Of a stretch of DNA of 64,000 nt, positions 47,912 through 57,715 are shown piece by piece (the stretch's first letter is position 1; the number at the start of each line of letters is the position of its first letter). The DNA comes from a virus. The stretch spans positions 1 through 64,000 of IMG/VR virus record IMGVR_UViG_3300008255_000099. One strand, 5' to 3'. The position numbers were made by a program, and so were the translations under genes. Below the pieces are notes generated by a model. It made no database searches and had not been told where the DNA came from. It saw only the letters and a list, made by a program, of their open reading frames with translations.

Positions 47912-48462
47912 GTAAGCAATTTGTAAAACCAGATTGGGATAGTTATTTTATGGCAATGGCCTTTGTTGTTTGTCAAAGATCAATAGATCCAGACACAAAA
48001 CATGGTTGTGTTGTTGTTGATAAAGATCATTCAATTTTGTCAATTGGTTATAATTCCCCTCCAAGGGGCTGTGTGGATGAAGAAATTCCACTAACAAGAC
48101 CAGAAAAATATTCATTTTTTGAGCACGCCGAATCAAATGCGATTATTAACGCTGCAAGAGTAGGCATCCCACTCATTGGTTCAACATTTTATGTTACAGG
48201 GCACCCATGCACAAAATGTTTTTCTCAAATTTTGAATGTGGGAGCAAAAAGAATTATTTATGGACCTGTTAAATCACCTTCTGTTAATGAACAAAGATTT
48301 AAAGAAATAGAAATACTTATGAAAAATCAAGATTTGATTCTTGAAGAATATGATCAAAGCAATCTCAATATTAAATTCCTTTTAATAGATTCTTTTCTTT
48401 ATTTCTGTGACAGAGAAGGTCGTGAAGAAACTAAAATTTCAAATGTTGAAATAGAGGAATGA
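47908..48462 (+). CDS. dCMP deaminase
   Basis: WDSYFMAMA, RSIDPDTKHGCVVV, GYNSPPRG, HAESNAI, PCTKC. Confidence 0.9.
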   Translation: MSKQFVKPDWDSYFMAMAFVVCQRSIDPDTKHGCVVVDKDHSILSIGYNSPPRGCVDEEIPLTRPEKYSFFEHAESNAIINAARVGIPLIGSTFYVTGHPCTKCFSQILNVGAKRIIYGPVKSPSVNEQRFKEIEILMKNQDLILEEYDQSNLNIKFLLIDSFLYFCDREGREETKISNVEIEE

Positions 48463-48564
48463 AAAATGATGAAACCGATGAAGGTGAACTTTTTAAAGAA
48501 GCAAATGTAAGAGCATATTTTTCACAATATTTAGAATGCATAGATAAAGAGATGGAGAAATTAA

Positions 48565-50871
48565 ATGGAACAAAACACGATTGTTAATATCAGCAAAGAT
48601 GGACTTGAATTGCCCTTTGTCAATGTTGTTGCAGATACACTCCCTGAAGCATGGGAAAATGCTGTTTTAGCGACATGGGAAAATGGGGCTGAAATAAAAA
48701 CACAATATGACAAAGAAGGGGATTCTCCATCAAGAGATGTGTCTTTAAACATGATCATTCGGAATCCTTTTGCTGAACCAAGAATTCATTTAGCTTTCCC
48801 TGGTGGAATTGATGACCTTGAAGTTTATCGACAAGAAGTTGTTGATGGGATTCACGATCATTGGGTTGATCCAGCAAATGGTAAATGGGAATATTGTGTA
48901 GGCCCTGAAACTATGATTCTAATGAAAGATTATTCAGAAAAGCCTATTATAGAAATTACTAATGGAGAAGATATATTATGTTATTCGTTTGAGCATAAAA
49001 GATTAGTACCAGCTACTATTAAAGCAGTTGTTCAAACAAATGCTAAACCATACGCTATTACTTTATCGAATGGTGACAGCATACGGGTTTCATCAGTTCA
49101 TCCCCTTTATGTTGATAGGAAAGGATGGGTTAAAGCACAAGATCTTCAACTTGGAGATAATATTGCATTACATCATAGTAACACAAGTGCCCATATGCGT
49201 TCTAATATATGTGATGATAACACCATATTAGTAACTGAAGATGATATACGAAATATTCCATACCCAATTAACCATAAACGATGTATATCTGTCCTTAAGG
49301 CAAAGGGACTTCTTCCCTTTAGCTTAAATTTAGATGTGGCTGATGTTGTTATACTTCTTGCAGGATATCTTTTTGGTGATGGATGGTTAGGCACACCCTG
49401 TAGTAAATCTACATCGTGTTATCATTCTGGAAGGATTGGATTTGCAGGTGAATATGAAGCATTAAGAGCAATCCGCTCTATTATCAATTTAATTGGATTT
49501 TCAACAGGGAATATTCGTCCTCTTTATCAGAATACAAAAATTAAAGATCGTGTTATTACTGGAACTTCCTTATCATGTGGGTGTAGTCATACTCCATTAT
49601 GGGCGTTGTTTTATGCACTGAAAATACCTGTTGGCAATAAGACTAATCAACATTATACATTACCGGAATGGGTAATGCAAACTGATAACTTGAATATAAA
49701 GAAGCTCTTTTTAGATGGTTTTTTGGATGCTGAGGCATCTGCTCCATATAAACCTAAAAATGATTCTGGTATCGGTGCATCTATATATTTTAGACAAAAT
49801 AAAGATGAAAGTCTTAGTGAATCATTATTTGGTCTTATTGATCAATTTAAAGAATTACTTTTAACAGTTGGTGTTGATTCCACCCTAATTCCAGATTACG
49901 CCCAAGAAGAATCGGTTTCGTTGGGGCTTAGAATTGGTGACAGAGATAATATTGCAAAATATCTTGACTTATTTAAATACCCATTAAGTAAAACTAAACA
50001 ATTTAGAGCTAATTTATATCTTGAATATTTAAATATGTGTATGGACACAATGGATAGTTATGATTGTAAAAATCTTTCACAACTAAAATTACCTAAATAC
50101 AAAGATTGGTTATTAGGTAGAGATATTAGCAAATTAGTATTTTCATCTATTTCATCAATACAAATTTCTAATATTATTGAGCCACTATATGATATAGCTG
50201 TAGAACATCCTGACCATAATTTTATAGCCAATGGTATATTATCTCATAATACTTATCATGAAAGACTTTTTGGGTATTCTATACCAATAAATACTGATGA
50301 GTGTTTAGCATTGAATTCGAATATTAATCTTTTACCATGTAATTATCCTTTAAGTGATAATAATTTTGGATATTCTGTTAACCAAATTCAATATATCATA
50401 GACACACTTTCAGAAGTGCCACACAGTCGAAGGGCACAAGCAATAACTTGGAAACCCTGGGAGGACTGTGGAATTTATGACCCAGCTTGCCTTCAATCTT
50501 TGTTTTGTCGAATTTTTAATGACAAGTTGGTCATGAATGTTCGCATGAGAAGCAACGATGCTTTCAAAGCTGCATTTATGAACATCTTCGCTTTCACCGA
50601 TTTACAGAGGCTGATCGCTGAAAAGATTTCAGAGAAAATTGGAAGAAAAATTGAAGTAGGTCAATATCAACATCAGGTTGACTCATTTCACATTTATGGG
50701 AGTTATTTTTCTGAATTCGAAGGATTTTTAAATAGAACAGAAACGGAACCTTTTAAATCTAGAATTTGGGATAGCTCTTCAGAATTTGTTCAAGATCTTT
50801 TTGCAGAAGCAAAAGAAAAAGTAAAAAAATCAATTGAAGAAGAGAAAAAATCTGGAAGAAAAGGGCTTTAA
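48565..50871 (+). CDS. thyA: Thymidylate synthase (ThyA type) containing an intein
   Basis: Exteins EPRIH...EYTYHERL, SRRAQAITW, PACLQ, MRSNDAFKAAFMNIFAF, HQVDSFHIYG. Confidence 0.85.
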   Translation: MEQNTIVNISKDGLELPFVNVVADTLPEAWENAVLATWENGAEIKTQYDKEGDSPSRDVSLNMIIRNPFAEPRIHLAFPGGIDDLEVYRQEVVDGIHDHWVDPANGKWEYCVGPETMILMKDYSEKPIIEITNGEDILCYSFEHKRLVPATIKAVVQTNAKPYAITLSNGDSIRVSSVHPLYVDRKGWVKAQDLQLGDNIALHHSNTSAHMRSNICDDNTILVTEDDIRNIPYPINHKRCISVLKAKGLLPFSLNLDVADVVILLAGYLFGDGWLGTPCSKSTSCYHSGRIGFAGEYEALRAIRSIINLIGFSTGNIRPLYQNTKIKDRVITGTSLSCGCSHTPLWALFYALKIPVGNKTNQHYTLPEWVMQTDNLNIKKLFLDGFLDAEASAPYKPKNDSGIGASIYFRQNKDESLSESLFGLIDQFKELLLTVGVDSTLIPDYAQEESVSLGLRIGDRDNIAKYLDLFKYPLSKTKQFRANLYLEYLNMCMDTMDSYDCKNLSQLKLPKYKDWLLGRDISKLVFSSISSIQISNIIEPLYDIAVEHPDHNFIANGILSHNTYHERLFGYSIPINTDECLALNSNINLLPCNYPLSDNNFGYSVNQIQYIIDTLSEVPHSRRAQAITWKPWEDCGIYDPACLQSLFCRIFNDKLVMNVRMRSNDAFKAAFMNIFAFTDLQRLIAEKISEKIGRKIEVGQYQHQVDSFHIYGSYFSEFEGFLNRTETEPFKSRIWDSSSEFVQDLFAEAKEKVKKSIEEEKKSGRKGL
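48895..50250 (+). mobile_element. Intein with LAGLIDADG homing endonuclease (452 aa)
   Basis: Starts CVGPET, ends NGILSHN, followed by T; LAGYLFGDG and FLDGFLDAEAS motifs. Confidence 0.9.
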
Positions 50872-50960
50872 AATGATAAAAATTAACATCTTAAATGAGG
50901 CCCTAAATTTAGGTGCTAATAAGGTGTCTTGAAGTATATCTTCATTTCACGATATAAAAA

Positions 50961-51197
50961 ATGATAAAAAAAGATACAAAATTAATTCCTTCTGGTTATT
51001 ATTGTTATGAAATTTTGAGCATCAAAGATGGAAGAATAAAAACAAAAATTTGTCCTTATTGGAGTAAAGATCCTAATCGTGAGGAGCAAATGAATGGATA
51101 TTGCAGTTTCCTTGAAAAAGGGGATTGGGACGAAGATTCTTTTGGTTTGTTTTGGGATCAAGTAAAAGAGTGCGGTGTCAACAAAAGAGAAGAGTAA
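50961..51197 (+). CDS. Small Cys-rich hypothetical protein
   Basis: YYCY...CPYW...YCSFL...QVKECG. Confidence 0.65.
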   Translation: MIKKDTKLIPSGYYCYEILSIKDGRIKTKICPYWSKDPNREEQMNGYCSFLEKGDWDEDSFGLFWDQVKECGVNKREE

Positions 51198-51357
51198 AAT
51201 GAAACTACCGAAAAGTGTTCACCTAATTTTTGATGAAGATGAAGTTATTTTGTTCTATCTATTTTTTGATGTCTGTGAAGAAGAATTGCAATATTCTTTA
51301 AAAGAAAATCAAGATTTATATTTAACAACAGAAGAATTTAAGAAAGAATTAAAATAA
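51175..51357 (+). CDS. Small hypothetical protein
   Basis: Short ORF in operon; the start may be at MKLPKS. Confidence 0.45.
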   Translation: MSTKEKSKMKLPKSVHLIFDEDEVILFYLFFDVCEEELQYSLKENQDLYLTTEEFKKELK

Positions 51358-51434
51358 CATATTTATATTATAGAGAAAATGGGATCAAATCCCAACGTGT
51401 GATGAGGGATAATCCGTAGAAAGCGAGATGAGTT

Positions 51435-52040
51435 ATGCATGAGATTTTCTTCACATCTGACAGTCACTGGAATCATGGAAATATTATTAAGTATTGCAAC
51501 AGACCTTTCCTGAGTCCGGCAGAACAAATCATGCTGGACAACAATGAAAAATTTTGGGTGAGCCAAGAGTCAATTGATTTTATGAATCAAACAATGATTG
51601 ACAACATCAATCAAATTGTTGGTCAAAATGATGTTCTCTGGCATCTTGGTGATTTTTTATTTAAGGGACAGGACACAGTTAAACATTTTAGGGATCAAAT
51701 CAATTGCCGAAATATAAATCTTATTTTTGGGAATCATGATAATAAAAATAAAATAATTCAATCCAGATGTTTTAGTTCTCTTCACGAGTTGCATGAAATA
51801 AAAATTTCTGGGAAAATAATTGTTCTTTGTCATTATGCAATGAAAACTTGGAACCATTCTCATCATGGTTCTTGGCATTTTTTTGGTCATAGTCATGGAA
51901 CACTTCCAGATGATCCAACTTCTCTTTCAATTGATGTTGGAGTTGATTGTCATAATTTCTTCCCGTTGAGTTTTGATCAAATTGTTGAAATTATGGCTAA
52001 AAAAGAATGGAAACCAATAGATCATCATGGGAAAGATTAA
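51435..52040 (+). CDS. Calcineurin-like metallophosphoesterase
   Basis: FTSDSHWNH, HLGDF, GNHD, CHY, GHSHG. Confidence 0.9.
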   Translation: MHEIFFTSDSHWNHGNIIKYCNRPFLSPAEQIMLDNNEKFWVSQESIDFMNQTMIDNINQIVGQNDVLWHLGDFLFKGQDTVKHFRDQINCRNINLIFGNHDNKNKIIQSRCFSSLHELHEIKISGKIIVLCHYAMKTWNHSHHGSWHFFGHSHGTLPDDPTSLSIDVGVDCHNFFPLSFDQIVEIMAKKEWKPIDHHGKD

Positions 52041-52042
52041 AA

Positions 52043-52238
52043 ATGAAAAGATAATCCCGTTGAAGAAAAAATCCATCACTTTGCAGGAGATTGTTTAGGT
52101 TCTATGGATTTAATGTCTCCTGATAAAAAATGGAAATACCCAAAACCAAGTGATGAATTTGTGAAAGATGCCGTGAAGTGGGTAAAGAACAAATTAAATG
52201 GCCCTACAGGGCCACAGGATGCTCCGAGAGGCGTTTGA
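52043..52238 (+). pseudogene. Small gene with an apparent +1 A frameshift after codon 2
   Basis: ATGAAAAGATAAT; deleting one A gives MKDNPVEEKIHHFAGDCLGSMDLMSPDKKWKYPKPSDEF... Confidence 0.45.
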
Positions 52239-52291
52239 GAGTTAGATATGTGATGTGAGGCCCAGGGGAAACAAGCCCGCAGGAGAGGGCT

Positions 52292-52591
52292 TTATTTCTG
52301 GGTCCTTTCATATCTTCTTGTGCCGTGGTTAAAGTAGTAAACACAGACTGGAACTTGCAATTGAATGTCTGTTTTTTTGGGTTCAACTTGGACTTGAACA
52401 ACTCTCCAATCTGGATATGCTTTTTGAATTCCAAGTTGAGTTGGGCTAAACTCATTATCAAAAATTAAATCTTCTAAAAATTCTGTTGCTTTATCAACAT
52501 CAAAAAAAACAAAATGAGATTCCCATCCGATATCAAAATGTTCAATTAAATAACCGAATTTCATATCTTCACCTCTTGTTGTCCAATTCAT
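52292..52591 (-). CDS. Hypothetical protein
   Basis: GAGGT RBS before MKFGYL. Confidence 0.6.
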   Translation of the reverse strand: MNWTTRGEDMKFGYLIEHFDIGWESHFVFFDVDKATEFLEDLIFDNEFSPTQLGIQKAYPDWRVVQVQVEPKKTDIQLQVPVCVYYFNHGTRRYERTQK

Positions 52592-52673
52592 CTTTAATTT
52601 AAATCATCCTATCTTCCAGGTCTCTGTTTTTGGTCATGGTGTGATATAATGAATCTGTCAGGATGGTGAGTAA

Positions 52674-53159
52674 GTGGACAAGAATGAGATTTTGTTGTTA
52701 AAAGCAAGAGAAACAGCCTCAGAAAAAAGCCCTTTTGAATATAAAATGGGGGCTATCATTGTGATGGGTAGTCAAATTTTGTCAACAGGAGCAAATAGAA
52801 CGAGTGGGAACATCCCCCCTCTTTTATTTTCGTCACATAGAAGGTCTTCTAAATTTGGAGCTTTGCACGCAGAAATGGATGCTTTGATAAATTTGTTTGG
52901 TAGAATTTGGGATCTTTCGCCGAAGGCAGATTCTAGAACCAAAATCTATGTTTCTGGATTAACGAAAGGTGGGAACATAGCTAATTCAAAACCGTGCAAA
53001 AATTGCATGAAGATTTTATGGTCTTTTAACATTCATAGGATTTATTTTAGCACATACAATGGATATAAATTCTTAAAATTAAATAAAAACAACATTCATT
53101 ATTTAACTAACAATAAGAGATGTACTTCTTGCGATCAAAGCCTTGAAAATATTTATTGA
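52674..53159 (+). CDS. Cytidine/deoxycytidylate deaminase-family protein
   Basis: KMGAIIV, LHAEMDAL, SKPCKNC. Confidence 0.85.
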   Translation: MDKNEILLLKARETASEKSPFEYKMGAIIVMGSQILSTGANRTSGNIPPLLFSSHRRSSKFGALHAEMDALINLFGRIWDLSPKADSRTKIYVSGLTKGGNIANSKPCKNCMKILWSFNIHRIYFSTYNGYKFLKLNKNNIHYLTNNKRCTSCDQSLENIY

Positions 53160-54424
53160 ATAAATTTGAAATTAAGTCCTTGCAAAAGCGGGAAGAATTT
53201 TAGGAGTCCATCAACCTCAATCAAAGGGATTCTATTTCTAACTGGTTGTGGAATATTTAGAATTTTAAATAATTCTTTAGCTTTGATATCTTTATCCCAT
53301 TGAACAACTTTATCCCCTGGTTGCCAACTTCGAGCAATACATTCAACAGAAGATCTAATTAAAAGTTTTGCCTCTGGAATAAAATTGTTCCCTATCTTCA
53401 AATTGACTTGCCATTTGGGGATGTCAAAAGCCCCATTCCAAATGCACAGTCTGCCGTTTTGAGTTCGATTTTTAGGGGACAACGAGCACATAATTCCATG
53501 GGTTTTTAGAGTATCTCCACCGTTCAAGAAAAGGTATAAGATTTTTTCGATGTCATTAGATGTAATATCTGTTGAGTTTCCTTTTAGCATTTTAATCGAA
53601 TAGAAAATTAATTCTTTGAGAATGTTTTCACCAAGGTCATCTCTATCAATAATCACAAAATCCTTGAAATTCAAAATATCGAGATTGAAAGTAAAAAAAT
53701 TGCAAGTAGAAAAATCATCAAAAATAAAATGACAATTTTTCTTAACTAATCTTTGAATCATTTCCTGATGAGCATCGGATGAACTTTTAATTAGATTCAA
53801 AGATCTTAAAACTTGTTGTTGATCACTTCGGAACAATTCATCAACAATTGGTCTAATTCTGCTTCTTTTGAATTGATCTGTTTCATTTGTTGGATCGACA
53901 AAGAATGGAATGTTTTCATTCCTTGCAAACCTTCTAATTTCTGCTCTAGAAAAATCTAGGATTGGTCTGATGATATTCCCGTCTCTATATGACATTGAAC
54001 AAAATCCACTTAGCCCGCATCCACGCATTAAATTCATCATTGATGTTTCGATGCGGTCGTTTGAGTTGTGGCCCGTGGCAATCAAAGTACAGTTATGTTT
54101 TTGAACAACTTTGTTCAAAAAATCAAATCTTTCTTCTCTGGCTGATGCCTCTGTTGAACAGTTTACACCTTCTCCGACAGAACATCCGATACCCATTTCA
54201 ATAACTAATTTTTGAACAAAGTTGACTTCTTCTTTGGACTCTTCTCTGGTGTTATGGTTAAAAGTTGCAACGTGGAGCTTATTAACCGGAAAAAAGGAAG
54301 ACAAACAGTGAAGGAGGATCATACTATCGGCCCCTCCAGAACAAGCAATTAAGATTTTATCGTTTGGGTTAACAGAACATTTGCTTAAACAGAGGCTCTC
54401 AACATCCTTGATAGAGATACTCAT
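53153..54424 (-). CDS. tilS: tRNA(Ile)-lysidine synthetase (likely start MSISIK)
   Basis: ACSGGADSM, FNH, AREER, TGHNSNDRIET..NLMRG, IRPIL, DPTN, RSRIR, C-terminal RSWQPGD...RNRIPLI. Confidence 0.9.
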   Translation of the reverse strand: MSISIKDVESLCLSKCSVNPNDKILIACSGGADSMILLHCLSSFFPVNKLHVATFNHNTREESKEEVNFVQKLVIEMGIGCSVGEGVNCSTEASAREERFDFLNKVVQKHNCTLIATGHNSNDRIETSMMNLMRGCGLSGFCSMSYRDGNIIRPILDFSRAEIRRFARNENIPFFVDPTNETDQFKRSRIRPIVDELFRSDQQQVLRSLNLIKSSSDAHQEMIQRLVKKNCHFIFDDFSTCNFFTFNLDILNFKDFVIIDRDDLGENILKELIFYSIKMLKGNSTDITSNDIEKILYLFLNGGDTLKTHGIMCSLSPKNRTQNGRLCIWNGAFDIPKWQVNLKIGNNFIPEAKLLIRSSVECIARSWQPGDKVVQWDKDIKAKELFKILNIPQPVRNRIPLIEVDGLLKFFPLLQGLNFKFIQ

Positions 54425-54483
54425 TAGAATCGTCCTCCTTGCCCCGGCCCGCACAGGCATTGTAACGCAAGTCAGCCAGGGAG

Positions 54484-55167
54484 TCAACAGCTAGACATTA
54501 TTTTCAAAAACAAGTCAAACTCTATGTTTTTAGATTTTATAAATCTTTTAATTAAATTAACATCATAAATAACCATTGAAAAAAATCTATATTTTTTAAT
54601 ATTGAACAAATTCTTATCTTTTTTATTTATTTCTTCTATATCTTTGCCAAAAAAATAGGCTCCGAAGTTTTCTGATTTTGGGAAGATTATTATTTCATCC
54701 TCATCAATAAGTCTATTTGTAAAAACATTAAATACACTTGGATCAAATTCTCTAGTTATTTTTGGGTTAATTAAAATAATAGAAGAATATTTTAATTCAT
54801 TTTTCAAATCATCAAAATTGAAAACAGATATCTCTTTTGATAGTTTTAATAAAGAAATAAAACAATTATCTACATCTTGGTCTAAATTTCTATCAATTGC
54901 ATTATTAACATAAGAAAAATTTAAATCTTGTAATTCTTTATCTATTAACCCATCTTTTGACATTGAAAAAATAGATTCAAAGGATAATCTAACTATTGGG
55001 ACAACCCGTGAATTATTACCATCTTTTTTCGGCTCTTTTAAGTTATTTATAAATAAAGAATCTTTTGTTAATAAATAATCTAATATTAAATATTCGTTAT
55101 TGTTTAAGGTTTGAATTTCTTCATTATTTAAACATTGTGAAATCAATGTTTTAGATTTTTGTCCCAT
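54484..55167 (-). CDS. Hypothetical protein, possibly a degenerate major-capsid-like paralog
   Basis: VPIVRLSFE...IDRNLDQDVDNCFISLL, IIIFPKSENFG and FSMVIYDVNLI loosely recall HK97-fold capsid cores. Confidence 0.3.
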   Translation of the reverse strand: MGQKSKTLISQCLNNEEIQTLNNNEYLILDYLLTKDSLFINNLKEPKKDGNNSRVVPIVRLSFESIFSMSKDGLIDKELQDLNFSYVNNAIDRNLDQDVDNCFISLLKLSKEISVFNFDDLKNELKYSSIILINPKITREFDPSVFNVFTNRLIDEDEIIIFPKSENFGAYFFGKDIEEINKKDKNLFNIKKYRFFSMVIYDVNLIKRFIKSKNIEFDLFLKIMSSC

Positions 55168-55169
55168 TC

Positions 55170-55432
55170 TTACCAAGCCCTTTCATCTTCCAAAATTATA
55201 GCGAGGACAAAAGCATGTCCCATGGTTTTTTCAGGATTGTTAATAACATCTTTGTATCTCATCCCCATTGATTTATGATCATACCGTTTCTAATTCAACC
55301 ACTTGTTCAACAAAACCACTATAAAGATCAACAGGGCCACAAAAAAACGGGCTTAATCCACGGTTCCACGTTTTTGATCTTGAGGTTGTATTAATTGCAT
55401 CTCTCATTCTTGGATCACGATAATTAACTATT
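55170..55432 (-). pseudogene. Decayed gene resembling the DUF6939-like family
   Basis: IVNYRDPRMRDAINTTSRSKTWNRGLSPFFCGPVDLY, then out-of-frame TMGHAFVLAIIL; 5' end replaced by an IS right end. Confidence 0.45.
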
Positions 55433-55691
55433 CTGACATACTCCCTCCGCTAAAGAAATTAATGATAATCTTAAAAACTTCAAATTCAGATTTCTTTATT
55501 GGTTTGATTGATGTGTTATAACCAAATAAATCCACAATAATTTTTGATGAACTTTCTGGCTTATTAGAATATATGTAAAAATTTGATGATGATCTTTTTA
55601 TGATCTCATCATCGCTTATTTGTAAAGGTTGTAAAGGTTGTAAAGGTTGTAAAGGTTGTAAAGGCCCCATCTCTTCTTCACTCTTTTTCAA
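55428..55691 (-). CDS. Hypothetical protein with PLQ repeats; C-terminus derived from the IS end
   Basis: 9-bp repeat TGTAAAGGT about x5 at 55621-55664; ends FSGGSMSE. Confidence 0.5.
   Translation of the reverse strand: MKKSEEEMGPLQPLQPLQPLQPLQISDDEIIKRSSSNFYIYSNKPESSSKIIVDLFGYNTSIKPIKKSEFEVFKIIINFFSGGSMSE
55433..55455 (-). mobile_element. Right-end remnant of the same IS200/IS605-type element
   Basis: CTTTAGCGGAGGGAGTATGTCAG, identical to the 3' part of 38580-38629. Confidence 0.7.
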
Positions 55692-56040
55692 GGAAATTTA
55701 TGACAAGTTTAAAAACTTCAAGAGGAGATTGTTTTTTAAATAGATCTTTTTCTTTTGGACTTATCTGTTGACGATCTACTGTGTATAATTTTGAGAAAAT
55801 ATCTGGAATGTACTGATAATAATCAGGCATTTCTTTTTCTGGTTCGTTAATCTTTTCTGATAAATAACCAAAAAAATTATTCTTTTTTAGTTCCTCCATT
55901 TTTTTATATTTTCTCATTTTATAATTATTTTTATAATAAACCCCATTATCTTTTTCATAAATATCTTCTTCATAAATATCTAAAATATCTGAAAGATAGG
56001 TTGAGTTTTCTATTAACTCTTTTATCTCGTCGTCTTTCAT
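55678..56040 (-). CDS. Hypothetical protein
   Basis: C-terminus (LEVFKLVINF) resembles that of 55428..55691. Confidence 0.6.
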   Translation of the reverse strand: MKDDEIKELIENSTYLSDILDIYEEDIYEKDNGVYYKNNYKMRKYKKMEELKKNNFFGYLSEKINEPEKEMPDYYQYIPDIFSKLYTVDRQQISPKEKDLFKKQSPLEVFKLVINFLEKE

Positions 56041-56421
56041 TTATGTTTCCCTTGACAAACGGTTGATTTCATCCATCGAGAATTCTTTTGGTGTCGATGG
56101 TTCACCTTCAAAAGAGATTATAGTAAACGGAGTCCCATCAATATAAAAATAAATACTTTTCCCAAAAAAATCATCAGAGCTAGAAGTTTGGAAACCAGAT
56201 TTGTTTAAGCAATTATTATAAAATGCTGTGTTTACCACTCGAAGAGAATATTGTAAAATATGATTTTTTGTTGTTTTACAAATCATAAAATTCACCTTAA
56301 ATATATAATTTGGGCGTTTACACCCGGCACCATTATACTTCTGATTCAGCTTGCCAGCTTGCAGGAAAACTGGGTTTAAAGTAGAATTAATTAAATTGAG
56401 GTGAAACAAAATGTGGTTCAA
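56041..56421 (-). CDS. Hypothetical protein
   Basis: Coupled ORF; true start uncertain. Confidence 0.5.
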   Translation of the reverse strand: MNHILFHLNLINSTLNPVFLQAGKLNQKYNGAGCKRPNYIFKVNFMICKTTKNHILQYSLRVVNTAFYNNCLNKSGFQTSSSDDFFGKSIYFYIDGTPFTIISFEGEPSTPKEFSMDEINRLSRET

Positions 56422-56845
56422 TTTTGCACAAAAAGATATTTCATCAAATGAAATATTTGATGAAGTTATGTCAATCTTAAGAAACCGTTTAGTTGAAACA
56501 GGATTTATTTCATTAAAAGAAGCTGAAATTTGGTCTTATAGCTATTTAAAAAAATCAAACGCTATGCTTCGCAGAATCATAGAAAAAGAAACAAAAAGAA
56601 TGCAATATTTCAAATCACATTATGAAGATCTTGAGATAAATAAACTAATGGGGAAAGAAGAAGAAAATCTTGATAGAATTTTAGAAGAATTGATTAAAAG
56701 TTTTAATATTTGTAAAACCAGAAAAGTTATTTCTGAATTAATTATAAATTCAAGAGAAAGATATGATATCCCAGATGAACCAACTCCAGCAAGTAAACCA
56801 GATATTTCTTATGAAGATTTAGATGATAGTTTAAATCTGTTTTAA
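56411..56845 (+). CDS. MW-leader protein
   Basis: MWFNFAQ; upstream AGGA-N17-GAATT at 56363-56388. Confidence 0.7.
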   Translation: MWFNFAQKDISSNEIFDEVMSILRNRLVETGFISLKEAEIWSYSYLKKSNAMLRRIIEKETKRMQYFKSHYEDLEINKLMGKEEENLDRILEELIKSFNICKTRKVISELIINSRERYDIPDEPTPASKPDISYEDLDDSLNLF

Positions 56846-56885
56846 ATTAAAACCAATCCCCTTGTGATTGATATGTGGTGTATAA

Positions 56886-57713
56886 TTGACTAGGCACACT
56901 AGTGCCAGATTGGAATATTTGCCTATGACAAGAGATAAAGAATTCAGAGAAATGAATGTGGCGAGTCGGATTTCTAAAACCGATGAAAAAGTTCAAAGAG
57001 TGATAGAAACGATGCTCGATTATGATTTAACCCCTTGTTCAAAATGGTTCGGTGAAAATTTAGAATTTTCAAATTTAGGTGGAACAAAATCAGATTTTTG
57101 CGGGGCTGACATTTCAATCAAAAGTGAAATTGGAGAATGGAAAATCCAAGACAAATGGAGAGCTTCTGGAAATGATTTGGGAATTGAAATTGTTAGAATG
57201 TATTGGTATGAACAAGAAGCAGAGGATTTGGTGATAGTTGATGGCGGTAGAGATATCTTCCAAATTCCACCAACTCCAATAGTTTACTCCGGTAATCTTT
57301 TAGCAGAAAGAGATTGGATAAAAACCAGAACAAAATCAGATTATTATCTTTTTCATAGCAAAAAAGAAAATTCACCAAGAGTTTTTATCCAAACAAAAGC
57401 TGTTAAAAAAATATCTGAAAATCTTTTTAAATCATGGGTTAAGAATTTTGAAAAAATAGAACCAAGCTTGATGTTAAATATTTTTGTAAATAATAACTCT
57501 TTTAGATCAACTGATTATACCATCGAAGTTGAGGCAAAAGAAGGAATTGAAGTTAAATGTTTAAGAGAGCCAGTTAGAGCATATGGATCAAAGAAAAAAG
57601 TTATTATTGATTCAAATGAACCAAAACTTTGTTGGATTGCTAAATCAATTGCTTATATCCCCCTGACTTGTTTTTTAGAAGACGAAATAGCATTTTGCCC
57701 AAAAAGGAATTAA
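56886..57713 (+). CDS. Possible PD-(D/E)xK nuclease-like protein
   Basis: DFCGADISI...WKIQDKWR spacing; the true start is probably downstream (MTRDKEF). Confidence 0.4.
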   Translation: MTRHTSARLEYLPMTRDKEFREMNVASRISKTDEKVQRVIETMLDYDLTPCSKWFGENLEFSNLGGTKSDFCGADISIKSEIGEWKIQDKWRASGNDLGIEIVRMYWYEQEAEDLVIVDGGRDIFQIPPTPIVYSGNLLAERDWIKTRTKSDYYLFHSKKENSPRVFIQTKAVKKISENLFKSWVKNFEKIEPSLMLNIFVNNNSFRSTDYTIEVEAKEGIEVKCLREPVRAYGSKKKVIIDSNEPKLCWIAKSIAYIPLTCFLEDEIAFCPKRN

Positions 57714-57715
57714 AC

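Noticed and set aside
52043-52060. Programmed frameshift
   Set aside because: A single extra A in a short A-run with no stimulatory structure; more likely a sequencing error or decay. Kept as a caution that other lesions could be artefacts.
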